Shown: piece after piece, positions 1-11,585 of the stretch
Layout of the letters: each line of letters begins with the position of its first letter
Position numbering within the stretch: the stretch's first letter is position 1
DNA from: Nitrospirota bacterium
GTDB taxonomy: Bacteria > Nitrospirota > UBA9217
NCBI GenBank assembly: GCA_963755045.1
Contig: CAVWIL010000010.1
Coordinates: 30,059-94,058 of the forward strand
Length of the DNA stretch: 64,000 bases
Direction of reading: 5' to 3'
Notes under the pieces: generated by a model
The model's database searches: none
What the model saw: the letters and a program-made list of their open reading frames with translations, nothing else
Told to the model about the DNA's origin: nothing
Made by a program: the position numbers and the translations under genes

Positions 1-756
1 GAACCATCGTCGGGGCTCGTGCTGGCCAACGCGCACCTTGTCAAGCCCTGCTTTCCTGACCGGGATGACCCGCGGCTGACCCGGCTTCGGACTCCCGCAA
101 TATCTATGACCAGCTTATTCTCCGGGAACCATAAAGGCTTTCGGACCATGGCGCCATCGCCCGTAATGACGACTCCGACGCCTTCCTTTCCAGCAGATGC
201 CCGAACCGCGGTAACAACCGTTGCGGTTCCTTTTGCCCGGCCGGGTCGGCGGGTACCGGCGCCGGTGGAGGGGTTCCTGGCAGCGGCGCGGGCGTTACCG
301 CTTCAGGAGCCGTCTTTACCTCCTCAACGGGCTTGGCTGAGTTCGACGATGAGCTTGCCGCCGGACTGATACACCTTTGATTCTACGGCCTGGGATAGTC
401 CGATTTCAAGCCGCGCGATAATTGTCCTTCTGGCTGGGGATGATGTCGAGCAACAGCCCCGCTGTTCACCGTTATCTTGTCCTGGGAATTTGCCGATACC
501 GGCGTCGGAAATATCCACAACCAGCCGGAGCGGCTCCGTTAGCTGGAACGATGTATACTGCAGGATAGGCTCCGATGCCTCGATGGTGATTTCCGTTTTC
601 CCGTCCACTTCGCGGGGCTCTATCTTATTGAGGAGGACCTGCGTTCCTGGTTGATCTAGCCGTTGCCGGCGCCTTGGCCGCGCACCCATGAAGCGCTGAT
701 ACGAAAGAGATGAGGATAATCAACCAACATACCTTCAGCGGTTGAGTGAACTTCAT
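1..756 (-). CDS. pilQ: Type IV pilus secretin PilQ, N-terminal AMIN domains (partial, runs off window; frameshifted)
   Basis: RBS GGAGGG then ATG at 756 (MKFTQPLKVCWLIILISFVSALHGC, lipoprotein-like signal). AMIN-like segments PLRLVVDISDA (ORF 324..689) and KLVIDIAGV near 140-100. Sits directly after pilP. The secretin domain is outside the window. Confidence 0.8.
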
Positions 757-1283
757 GGCGTTCCCTCCTGTTTTTTCCGGAGCTCGATCACAATCTCTTA
801 CACTAGGATTACCCGAAAGCGGTTTGAATTTTTCTTCAACGGATCATTGTGCTCTGTGGTTATCTTCTTTACAACACCCTTGCCTCGGCCCGATAATGGG
901 TCCCGACTCGGACAAGATAGCCTTGCCCGTCAGGGCCTTCTACCAGCGCATTATAGCCGAACCCTTGCCATAAGATGCCCATAAGCTTGAACTCATACAG
1001 ATTATACCGCTCCAGCGGCGGGCGATCTCCCTCGTTTTCGCGTGTTAATCTCTTCCTTCACGATAATCGGCGCGAAGGGGTCCCGTCTTTCGAGAAGGAT
1101 TATAGGAATACGCAGTCGCTGGTTTTTTTCCTCAATCGCCGTCGGAGTTCGCCTGGCTGATCGGTTTCTGGCCCGGCTTTGCGGCAATCGGTGTGGGCGC
1201 TGTCGACGGCCCTGCCCGAATCGGAGCAGCCAAAAAGAGAATACGGCTGTGCCGAGCAACAGTGTATCGGCCAGGACCAGCAT
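753..1283 (-). CDS. pilP: Type IV pilus assembly protein PilP (frameshifted)
   Basis: RRDPFAPII motif in ORF 1002..1283. Manual translation of the C-terminus gives AYNALVEGPDGQGYLVRVGT...EIVIELRKKQEG. Stop overlaps the pilQ start (ATGA). Confidence 0.8.
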
Positions 1284-1906
1284 TACCTTATTGTGATTTT
1301 TTTCCCTGTTTGCGGTGCTTCAACTTTTTTCTCCACTGCCGAGAAGGTCATTGCCGTGCAATTGATTATCAGCTTCTACGTTCCCGTTTTTTTCCATATT
1401 TTTTGCTCCGCTCATTTTTATGTTGAGAATATTTACAATACGGGTCAACTTCCCTACGTGGTCGAATAAGGAAGCCGTATACTGATATCCGCCGATCAAA
1501 GACAAGGATATGGGAATTTCCTCGTACAGCCCGCTCTCGTGGGTCCTCCGCTTATCGGGTTTCCAGAACTTGAGGACGAGGCCCGACTGATTCACCAGAT
1601 TTTGTATCTGCCTCAAGAGACCGCAGACTTCGGATTCGGGCGGAAGCTGTTCGGTAAGCACGACAAGCAGCGCCTGTTTTGCCTTGACTTCGGCTTTCAG
1701 TTCGCATCGAGAGTTCCTGATCTTGGTGTCGTTCTCCTTATTTTGGCTTCAGTTCGGAAAGCAATTTTTGAGTTGATCCATCTGGGTGTTCATGGGAATC
1801 GCGAATTGAAAGACATAGCCGATCAACAGTACGAACAATAAAGGCGCCAAAACGATCAGCCTAGTCTTAGGGGGAACCTTTTGTATTTTATCAATAATGG
1901 CGCCAT
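1283..1906 (-). CDS. pilO: Type IV pilus assembly protein PilO (frameshifted)
   Basis: N-terminal TM segment (RLIVLAPLLFVLLIGYVF) and PilO core QLPPESEV..LL..I...YEEIPISLSLIGGY...LTRIVNI. TAATG overlaps with pilN and pilP. Confidence 0.88.
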
Positions 1907-2454
1907 TATAATCCCTTATAAACAAACTGGAGCTTATACTTGTAAATATCCAGTCCCTCACGTTTCGTCTGGCTGGTTTCCAGCAGCGAAACATCTGCAG
2001 CAGAAGCGCGATGCCTTGAGGTTGTCGACGAACCGCACGACATCCTCATTTGTAAATGCCTCGCCCTCTATGCTTGATATTATTGCTGCTTTCCGTCAGC
2101 GATGAAATAACGACCCCCATAGGGAGCGCCTTACTAATCTCATCAAGCAGCCGGACGGGTCCCGCCTGGTTTTTTTTAAGCTTCTCGATAATTTCAATCT
2201 TCTCAGCGACTTTTTTTCGCTCTTCCTCGACATTCTTGACTTCCTTAAGGACGTTGTCCTGCTCGCGAATCTGCTTTTCGCGGTCGCCTTTTCCCTTCAA
2301 GAGCGATCAATGATTTGTTTTGCCTGTTCCAGTAAGAACCACATAGCGATCCCGACAAGGATGAGGACCAGCAAGGCGAGCAAAAGCTGCTGCTGAAGAT
2401 CGATGACCTTCTTGGGCGGCTTTTCTTGGTAGGCAGAAGATTTATTCCAATCAT
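1906..2454 (-). CDS. pilN: Type IV pilus assembly protein PilN (frameshifted)
   Basis: Starts MIGINLLP, then a TM helix, a coiled coil and KKNQAGPVRLLDEISKALP. Lies between pilM and pilO. Confidence 0.9.
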
Positions 2455-3502
2455 CGATCTCCCGGCCTCCTGATCGCAAGCCCCACGGCAACCGCGCACA
2501 AAGGGGCCGATTCCGCCATCAGCGCGGGGTCAAACCGCTTCTGGTCGACTTTAATGTTCTTAAACGGATTGACTCACCTCGACCGGAATCTCAAGCCGTT
2601 CGGACAGACCGTCGTAAAATTCCCGATCCGGGCGCATCCTCCGGAAACCAGGACCCGGCGACACTTTTCACTTCCCGTCGTGGAACGGAAAAACTCGAAT
2701 GACCGCTGCGTTTCCGACACGATATCATCGGTCACGGAAGACATAACCCCTGAAATCGTTCCTTGTCCGCCCCTTCGACATCCTCGCCCCGTTTCACTTT
2801 TTCCGCATCTTCAAAGGTAAGACCGAAATCCCTCTGGAGCGCCTCGGTATACCGGTTGCCGCCGACAGTGATGTCGCGGGTGAAGATCGACATTCCGTCC
2901 TTCAGGATATTGATATTCATCACCGATGCGCCGATATTCAAAAGCGCCGTTGTGCCGGTCTCGATGTCATAATTGAGTTCATGCATGTTCGCCAGCGCAA
3001 AGGCATCGACATCCATGACGACCGGTTCCAGTCCCGCCTCTTTCACGAGATTGACATAATCGTTGATCTTGTCCTTTTTACGGCAACCAGCAATACGTCG
3101 GCCTGGCCTTCCGTCGGCTCCCGGCCCAGCTTCTGGAAGTCGACGTTCACGTCGTCGATGGAGAAGGGAATATACTGCTCGGCCTCCCACTTGATGGATT
3201 CCGCAAGCTCCTCATCGGTCATATCTGCTACGGAAACGCGCTTGATGATGACCGAACTTCCGGAGACCGAGATCACGACCTCTTTCGTCGTCACCTTCTG
3301 CGCCGCAAGCAGCTCCCTGATGGCCTCCACGACCCGTCCGGCATCCATGACCGCGCCTTCCACGATGACTTCAGGCGGCAGCGGAACCATGCCGAATTTC
3401 ACCAGCTGATATTTTTTATTCGAGCCCTTCAGCTGAACAAGTTTGATAAAGGTGGACCCGATGTCCAGTGCGATCGGGCTCTATTTTTTTGGAAAAAAGC
3501 AT
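2451..3502 (-). CDS. pilM: Type IV pilus assembly protein PilM (frameshifted)
   Basis: IALDIGST.IKLVQL, IKWEAEQYIPFSIDDVNVDF, EPVVMDVDAFALAN, LLNIGASVMNINI and AVGLAIR, all typical of the actin-like PilM. Confidence 0.95.
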
Positions 3503-3531
3503 TATCGCTCCGGAAGCAGATGTGCGCCGTA

Positions 3532-3732
3532 TCACGCGGCATTCTTGCTTTTTATGATCCTTTCGATTTTCCTTCAGGTTGCTCTCGCTGTAGACTCTCC
3601 AGCCGCGCCAGTCCCGTTCGACGCCGGTCAACAATCCATCGCTCTCCCACCGGAACAGTGTGGCCCGAGAAATATCGAAGCGATTGCATATCTCGTTCGT
3701 TTTATATTTTTTGAGCTTTTGCGCGTGACCAT
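3532..3732 (-). CDS. Small MerR-type helix-turn-helix DNA-binding protein, about 66 aa (frameshifted)
   Basis: Manual merge of frames gives MVTRK...YKTNEICNRFDISRATLFRWESDGLLTGVERDWRGWRVYSESNL. RBS GAGAGGG precedes the ATG at 3732. First gene of the pil operon. Confidence 0.75.
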
Positions 3733-3784
3733 GGTACCCTCTCTGGATAGTTTACTGATATTACTTATAGTAAGTATACTTATG

Positions 3785-3813
3785 ATGATACTGAAAAAAA
3801 TATCGATTGTCAA
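3785..3813 (-). promoter_or_regulatory. Sigma70-type promoter for the HTH-pilMNOPQ operon
   Basis: Minus strand reads TTGACA (3813-3808), a 17-nt spacer, then TATCAT (3790-3785). Confidence 0.7.
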
Positions 3814-3909
3814 GTTTTTTTATATTTTTTTTACAAAGAAATACATGCACACGAGATATTGTATGGCGGCGGAAACACTACAAGATATTGAATCCTGGCT
3901 GCGTCATGG

Positions 3910-4524
3910 TTAGTGCTATATACGAACAAAATCTGAATATAATGGCTGGCGCTGCCGGCAAGCACGAATAAATGCCAGATTCCATGACTGTAGAAATCCT
4001 CTTATCCAGCGCATAAAAAACAACCCCGATCGTGTAGGACAGCCCTCCCGCCACGATCCAGATCAGTCCCGCGGCGGAAGGGCATTCACAAGCGGGCCCT
4101 CGCGACAATCGACAAGCCAGCCCATCAGCAGGTAAATAACGACCGACAGAATGCTCCTGCGTCTCCAGCCAGGAGGTCCTGAAGAATGCCGACGAGAGCC
4201 AGACCCCAGACTGCGCCGAACAGCCACCATCCCCAGGCACCGCGCAGGGTAACGAGGGTAAGGGTGTATAGCGTGCCCGCTATGAGCAGGTAAATGCAGC
4301 ATGGTCCAATGACTGGAACACCGTCTTGATCTTCCCCCGGTGCTGTGATAAAGCGCGGAAAACAAATACAACGCCACAAGCGTACCGCCGTAAATACTGA
4401 AGCTGACGATTTTCCAGGGATCACCGGTCAGGGCGGCGTGAACGACCAGAAAGACAAGTCCCGCTACCGCAAGGCACGTCCCGATCAAATGAGAGATGCT
4501 GTTTATCCGTTCGGCCTGATACAT
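3910..4524 (-). CDS. Hemolysin III / PAQR-family membrane protein (frameshifted)
   Basis: ERINSISHLIG, SALYHS, IYLLIAGT, GGLSYTIG and HGIWHLFVLAG motifs across the frames. Confidence 0.9.
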
Positions 4525-4570
4525 ACGCTTTCCGATATCGATTATGACATCATGGCTTGATCCCGGAAAT

Positions 4571-4604
4571 AAAAAAAAGGAGAGGCCTCAAAGGCCTCTC
4601 CTTT
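4571..4604 (-). terminator. Rho-independent terminator after cooS
   Basis: Hairpin AAAGGAGAGGCCT-CAA-AGGCCTCTCCTTT followed by a U-tract on the minus strand. Confidence 0.8.
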
Positions 4605-4624
4605 GGATAGTGCTGTATTCTTCC

Positions 4625-6604
4625 TTAGATATCTTCTCCATGCGGTGTCGCGAAGAAGCACCGCGCCGCGCAGCCATATCCATGAGCACGCGCTCGGTGC
4701 CGAAGGCGCCCGGCTCGTACTTGCGGATCTTGAGCTTCTCCCGGCGGTGTCGATGAGCTTCAGTGCCAGTTCGAGGATTTCCCGGGTCTTCCTCAAATAG
4801 AATCCGGCTCTACCGTATCCCACCACTTGTTTTCCATCAGGTCCTTGATCGCTTGCTGGCGCTGACCGGTGAACCCGCGCCAAGATGATCGGCACACCCG
4901 ATGCGACAAAGTAGGTGCCGATCGCGATGGCCTTTTCGCTCATCCACTCCGGCCCGATGCCCGAGCGCCGGGAGGCCGCCGATGTCGTCGCCAAGCCCGC
5001 CTTCTTCCGCGATAGGGGACGCGATGGTCAGAATACGCGAATTGTCGACGCAGGAGCCGAGGTGGAGCACCGGAGGGATGCCGATGGCCTCGCATACCTC
5101 GCGAAGACCCTGGCCCGCATTTTCCACGCCATTTTCCGGGGTCATGTAACCTGCCTTGGCCGAGGCATGGGCGGAGCAGCCGGTCTGGACCACCAGCACG
5201 TCGTTCTTTATCAGTTCGCGCGTAAGGAAATTATGCAGGCCGTCCTGGCATGATCCGGGGGATTGTTGTATCCCGCCAGGCCGACCACCCCCCGGACACG
5301 CCCCGCGATGATCGCGTCGTTCAACGGCCGGAACGAACCCCCGTATAGTCTGCCCTGCATATATTCGATATATTCGTGGGAGAACCCGGCGACCATGTCC
5401 GCCGGCCTTATCTTTGCGTGTGCAACATCTTCCTTCTTCCTGTTCGTGAAATTATCGATCGCGATCCGCACGACTTTTTTGGCTAAGGTCCAGGGCATGG
5501 TGCTCATTGTATTCAATATGAATGGCATCCTTCATCTTACCCTTGTTGGTGGTCGTGATGACCTTCGTGTGGTATTTTTTTGCAAAGTTTCGCCGATCGC
5601 GGGCATGATGCACTGCACGTCCACCACCATCGCCTCAACCATACCGGTCAGTATCTCCCAGCTCCTGCTGCAGGAATCCGCCTGCCGTGTCGATGCCATG
5701 CCGGACAAGGATTTGTTCGCGGTGCAGCACATGCCCACGAGGTTCACGCCCTTGGCTCCCTTGGTTTGTGCGTATGCCGTGATCTCCGGGTCTTCCACCG
5801 CGACAACCATCATTTCAGCGAACGACGGTTCGTGTCCGTGGACCACCAGGTTCACGTGGTCTTCCTTGAACACGTCGAGACTGGCCCGGGCCTTGACCGG
5901 CCGGGGAGTGCCGAAGAGGATGTCCGAGATGTCCGTCCCCATCATGGAGCCGCCCCACCCGTCAGCGAGCGACGCGCGCATGGCGCCGAGCATGATATTA
6001 TTCGCTTCCTGATCAACGCCCATGGTCGTCCGGTGCATCATCTCGACGACTTCACGGTCGATTGCGCGAGGCGCTAGCCTAGCTTTTTGGACATTTCTTG
6101 CCGTTTCTTGGGCGCCCGTGACAAGAAAGCGTAGTTCTCCCCGCTGTTGTCCGAACTGTTCGAGAAATTTCAGCGCCACCTTCTCGGCAACTTCGTTCAC
6201 CGGCTTCCCTTCAACGTCGATGCCGAGGTATCCTGCAACCCGGTTCAGCTTGCGGACGTCCTTGATCTTGAAATCCTTGGCTTCTCCCTCGCGCTACGGC
6301 GAGAAGGGTGTTCGCAAGGTCACGGGCATGGTCGGAATGAGCTGCGGTTCCGGCGGCAACCATGCGGGCGAAGTTTCTCGCCGCCACAACCGGCAGCGAG
6401 GCCCCGCAAACGCCCACGGCCTCTTCTTCTTTTCCCGTCAGCGACACCGACCCATGTGGCACATTTTACAGCACGCGCCCGAGTGACCGATAGGGCATGG
6501 TTTCATCTTCTCCGCGCGATCGAACGCGGTCTCGATACCTTGTCAGACCGGCTACCTTCAGATGCCTGGGCAGCCGGATCAACCGATTTCTAATTTTCTT
6601 TCAT
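4625..6604 (-). CDS. cooS: Anaerobic Ni-containing carbon monoxide dehydrogenase catalytic subunit (frameshifted)
   Basis: D/B-cluster CPIGHSGACCKMCHMG.C, HSDH, HGHEP, GMCCTAN, DVQCIMP, QTGCSA, HLGSCVDNSR and EWMSEKA motifs. Confidence 0.95.
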
Positions 6605-6763
6605 GAGTATGGAAACTCCTTTCGCAATGAGGCGAAAATGCCCTCGATTTTAGCAGGGGGCGTTATACAAAATTAAAAAAAAATACTACTAAAAGTTACT
6701 AGAGTTGATCGTAGCTTAAATCGGACGAAACAAATATTCTAGGCTGTGATTTTAGCGAGAATG

Positions 6764-8916
6764 TTATTTCTGCTTTCGCAATGCAGGCGTTCTAACAACC
6801 ATAACCTTGATCTCTGCCGAACCGGACATCATTCCTTGGTTCATGGCCATGAGAAGTTGTTGAGTGAAACTCCATAGGGTTTGCAGCCGGGCTTTGAGGT
6901 TTGAACGCACGGAACTTATTTTCCCGGACTTGGCTTTCTTTACCAGCGCGGCAACGTCTTTGGCCGTGAAGCTTTGGTCTTGCTCATTGCAGCGGACATT
7001 TCCGCGGGATAACCCGCCGTCCTTGGTCTCCCCGCAGGCGGGCTGCGCCTGGGCAACGGTTTAAGCTGTGCCGTAGGTATTGATGATCGTTCCCTGCTTT
7101 TCATACAGGGAGGTCATGGGAACACGACGTCGGCTTTTTCGGTAAGGGCGTCGCATGGCTGGCCTGGACAATGATGAAATCGGCCTTAAAATCCGGGTCC
7201 GGAATACTCCCGGCGATCAAAAGCGCCCTCATGCCGGACTTCATTTCGCGGTAGCTCTTTCCCGCTTTCTTCACTTGGCAAACCGGGTCCACTGTCGGAC
7301 AGGCAGCCCATCTGGATACGCCAAGGGTGTTCGCCTCGAGCATGAGTGGCAGAACGCCAGCACTTTTCAGGAGGCCAGATTCAAGGCCTGAAGCGAGGCA
7401 TCCTCATTTGCCGAGATGCCGGTCCCGATAACGACCACCGGCTGCTTTGCCACTGCAAACGCCTTTGCCGCTTCAGTGATCGGTTCCGCCGACACTCCGA
7501 GATCGAAGCGGCCTGTCGATGCTGACGAGCGACTTCTTTCAGCGCGTCAAACCCTTTCTGCCGGGGACGTCAGCGCCTTCGGCGATCGCGCGCTACATGA
7601 TGCCCCGCGAGAAGGACCGTGTCGGTCCCTTCTTGAGCTGGGAGATGAATGGCATTCTGGTGGGAGGCGAGTTCGATCTTGTCCGGGTTCACGACGATGA
7701 TCTTTGCGCCTGCCTGCGCCCTTCTCCGGATCATCACCTCGACCTCCTGGAGGGCCTGGCTTTTCTGAGACGGGTCGCGCCGATCACCACAACACGTCCG
7801 CGGACCTGAGATCGGCCTGGGACGCGATGGCGATGCCTGCATCGCCATAAACCGCACGAAGGGCCGAGATCAGTCCGCCTGCATAACGGATGCCGGCGTG
7901 TCGATATTCGCGCTTCCCGTGACTTCACGGGCGAGCTCCTGAACCGCATACGCCTCTTCATTGGTAAGCGAACCCGCGGCGATGAAACCGGCATCGGCTC
8001 CCGCCTTCTTGAGAGCGTCGGCCGCGATCTTGGCTGCGTCTTTCCAGGTCGTGGGTACCAGCTTGCCGCCCTGTTTCTTCATCGGCGTGGTGATCCGGTT
8101 CGCGGCTTTCATCGAGTCGAAGCCGAAACGGCCGATGGCGCAGATGTAGCCGTTGTCTTCTTTCGCGTTCACCTTGACGATCTTGCCGTTCTTGCTGCTC
8201 GTGGTCACGCTGCAGCCGGAGCCGCAGGCGGTGCAGACCGTGTCATGCTTCTCGAGGTCCCACTCCCGGCCGTGCTGCCAGCGGTCCCGCTCCATGATGG
8301 TGTTCACCGGGCAGGCGTCCACGCAGGAACCGCAGAAGGTGCAGCCCGACTCGTGGAGCGGCTTGTCCAGGGCCGTCGAAACCTTGGTGGTGATGCCGCG
8401 GCCCATGAAGTCGAGCACGTTCGTTCCCTGTTCCTTGCAGACCCGCACGCAGCGGCCGCAGAGGATGCAGTAGTTGTTGTCGATGGTGATGAAGGGGCTC
8501 CGGTCGTTCAGCGGGTAATTGAAGCTCTTCCTGCCGAATGACGATTCCTGGATCTTCAGGTCCGCGGCATAGCGCTGGAGATCGCAGGCGCCGGCCTTGG
8601 GGCAGGTCATGCAATCCAGCGGATGGAAGGAAAGGACCAGGTCGGTCACGAACTTCCGGATCTCCTCGACCTTCGGGGTCTTGGTCTGGACCTTCATGCC
8701 CTCCTTGGTCCGGGTCGTGCATCCGGTGACCGGGGTCTTCATGCCCTCGATCTCCACCATGCACATGCGGCAGGCGCCCACGCCGCGCAGTTCCTTGATA
8801 TGGCACAGGTTCGGGATATGGACTCCCACCGTTGCCGCGGCATCGACAAGGGTCATCCCCTCGGGCACCGATACGGCCTTGCCGTCAAATTCCATGTTCA
8901 CCATCTTGGTCGTCAT
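6764..8916 (-). CDS. NuoG/HydA-like FeS subunit (BfuA-like): 2Fe-2S plus multiple 4Fe-4S clusters and a catalytically empty molybdopterin-oxidoreductase-fold domain (C-terminal half frameshifted)
   Basis: RBS GGAGG and ATG at 8916. Motifs GACRMCMVE, HPLDCMTCPKAGACDLQ, CILCGRCVRVC, CTFCGSCVDACP and CTACGSGC..C. The FdhF active-site position reads IDTPASRYAGG, with no Cys/Sec-His. No H-cluster motifs. Confidence 0.85.
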
Positions 8917-9035
8917 AACATCCTCCAAAGAATCAATTAATTAAATTCAAAATTCGAAATGGAACATTCGGGATTTTTCATCGAAACTTGAGCTTATCAT
9001 TGATCATGGTGCTAGCACTGTTCACGACGTTGTAT

Positions 9036-9701
9036 CTACTTTCCGGCAAAGCACTGTTCCGCCATGTCATGAATAGAGCAGGCCGGAAAGCCTTGCCGAG
9101 AGCATTGCAGCGGATGTCGCAGGTGCCAACCAGGGTCCGCAGGGCTGCTTGACGGCGACCTCGCGGTCCTGCTCAATGACGAAGACCGCGTTTTCGGGAC
9201 AGACCATGATGCATTCGCCGCAATGGGTGCAGCGCTGCTGCCGGATGCGGAAGGTGTGAACCCGGTCTTATAAGGCTGTTTCTGGCCCTCGATGGCGAGT
9301 CCGCGCAGACCTCGCGGCATTTGTCGCACATGGTGCACTTCGCGGCGTTGATTTCATAGCTCACGAGGCCGCTTGCATTCGTGGTAGTCGCAGACGCCCT
9401 TGATGTGGCGGTCAAGGTCTCCTGGCGCTGGTGGCGAGGAACGCGCCAGGATATCGGCGTGGTCCTTCCCCTTCTTGCACATGCCGCCGTCTTTCACGTC
9501 CACGGCAATCCGTTTGAGGAGGGCGACGTGTTTTTTCCCTTACCTGTCTGGATAGCCTCGAGGATCTTGATAGCGTCGAAGATGCCGAGCTTGCGGGATG
9601 GCACTTGGAGCACATGCCATTCTTGGAATCGTCATTGTAGAAGAAGTCGGGTTTCGGCCCGCGTGGCTGATTAACCGGGCAGTTACTTTCCTGTGCGACA
9701 T
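9036..9701 (-). CDS. Stand-alone NuoF-C-terminal-like polyferredoxin subunit (frameshifted; end approximate)
   Basis: RBS GAGGAGG. Merged translation gives CPV...GMCSKCHP[C]KLG...GGMCKKG...[12 protein letters not shown]...[11 protein letters not shown]...[12 protein letters not shown]. Confidence 0.75.
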
Positions 9702-11583
9702 GGATCCCTCCTCTTCTCGATCTCGATGGCCTGCGTGGGACAGACGGTGTAACAGGCCTTGCACTTGGTGCAGTAGTCCTGGTCGATAAAGAATTTGTCC
9801 CGCATTTCCACGACGGCGTCGAAGGCGCAGGCCTCTCTTGCACATACCGCAGAGAATGCAATGCTCCGGCAGGATGCGGACGTACCCAGCCCTGGCAGCG
9901 CTTGGCCCGGCAGTACTTGTCGTTCACATGTTCTTCGTATTCCTCGCGGAAATACTTGATGGTCGAGAGCACCGGGCTCGGGGCGCTGTTACCGAGGCCG
10001 CAGAGCGATCCGGCAACGACCATCTTGCCCATCTTCTCGAGCAGCTCGATGTCGCCTTTTTCTCCCTGGCCGGACGTAATCTTGTCAAGGAGCTCGTACA
10101 TCTGCCAGGTGCCGATGCGGCAGGGCGGGCATTTGCCGCAGGACTCGCTCTTGGTAAAGGAGAGGAAGCACTTGGCCACATCCACCATGCAGTCGTCCTC
10201 GTCCAGGACAACCATGCCGCCGGAGCCCATGATGGAACCCACCGTCGCTAGGGTGTCGAAGTCTACCTGCATGTCGAGGAACTGGGCCGGGATGCAGCCG
10301 CCCGAGGGGCCGCCGGTCTGGACGGCCTTGAACCTCTTGCTCCGGGTTCAGCATGCCACCGCCGATATCGAAGATGATCTCCCGGAGCGTGATGCCCATG
10401 GGAACTTCGATAAGGCCCGTGTTCTTGATCTTGCCAGTCAGGGCGAACACTTTCGTGCCTTTGGATTTCGCGGTGCCGATGGAGGTATAGTAATCAAGCC
10501 CCTTGGTGATGATCTGGGGACATTAGCAAAGGTCTCTACGTTGTTCCAGGTTCGTCGGCATGTTCCACAGACCGCCCGCCGCTTCGGAGAGTCGCGGAGG
10601 ACGGGGCCGCGGCATGCCGCGCTCGCCCTCAAGGGAGGCAACCAGGCCGTGGATTCGCCGCACACGAACGCGCCCGCGCCTTCCTTGATCTCGAGGTCGA
10701 ATTCGAGTTCGCTGCCCAGGATGTTCTTTCCCAGGAGACCCATTGCTCGCGCCTGGTTGATGGCAATGCCGAGGTTTTTCACGGCCAGAGGATATTCATG
10801 CCGTACATAAATATAGCCGTACTGGGCGCCGATGGCGTAGGCGTTGATCAGCATGCCTTCGATGACGGAATGGGGATCTCCCTCCATGAGCAGCGCGGTC
10901 CATGAACGCGCCCGGGTCGCCTTCGTCGCCGTTGCAGACGACTGCCTTGATCTTAGCATCCCGATTTCTTCGTGTGCTCCACTTGAGGCCTGCAGGGAAA
11001 CCAGCGCCGCCGCGGCCGCGAAGGCCGGACTTTTTAACAATATCGATGACCTCGTCGGGTTTCATCTCGGTCAGCACTTTCGCAGGACCGCATATCCGTC
11101 CTCGCGGATGGCGTCGTTGATATTGCAGGGATCAATAAAACCATTCCGATGGAGCGCAACACGTTTCTGCTTCTTGTAAAAAGGGATGTCCTGCACTTGC
11201 TACGTTCGGTCGGACAAGCGGGAATTCGCGGTAGAGCTTCTTGCGGTAGGGTACGCCATGCAGCACGGAATCGGAGAAGAGAGTCGGGATATCATCCACT
11301 TTCACCTTCTGGTAAAAGATCTCCTGCGGGTCCTGGATCACGACCGGACCGCGCTGGCAGAAGCCCTGGCATCCGGTCTTCACGATCTCAAGCTCGACCT
11401 GTTTCTGCCGACGCTTCTTTCTCGAATTGTTCGATCAGTTGTTAACGACCCGTGGCCTGACAGCGGTACCGCAACAGACGCGCACCCGGTGGGCGTCGCT
11501 TTCCTCGTGCTCCTTTTTCAGCTTCAGTGCGAAGGCCTCGAGGTCTGGTGACATTGTTCTAGCCGCTTAAACGTGAGTTCCAT
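9683..11583 (-). CDS. NuoF/HydB-like FMN/NAD-binding subunit (BfuB-like) (frameshifted)
   Basis: N-terminal thioredoxin-like 2Fe-2S (CCGTAC, TGCQGFC), [55 protein letters not shown] and a C-terminal 2x[4Fe-4S]. Confidence 0.93.
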
Positions 11584-11585
11584 GT

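Noticed and set aside
6764-8916. Formate dehydrogenase alpha subunit or respiratory complex I
   Set aside because: There is no Cys/Sec-His active-site motif, no in-frame TGA/SECIS, no C-terminal MGD-binding domain, and no nuoA-D/H-N genes nearby.
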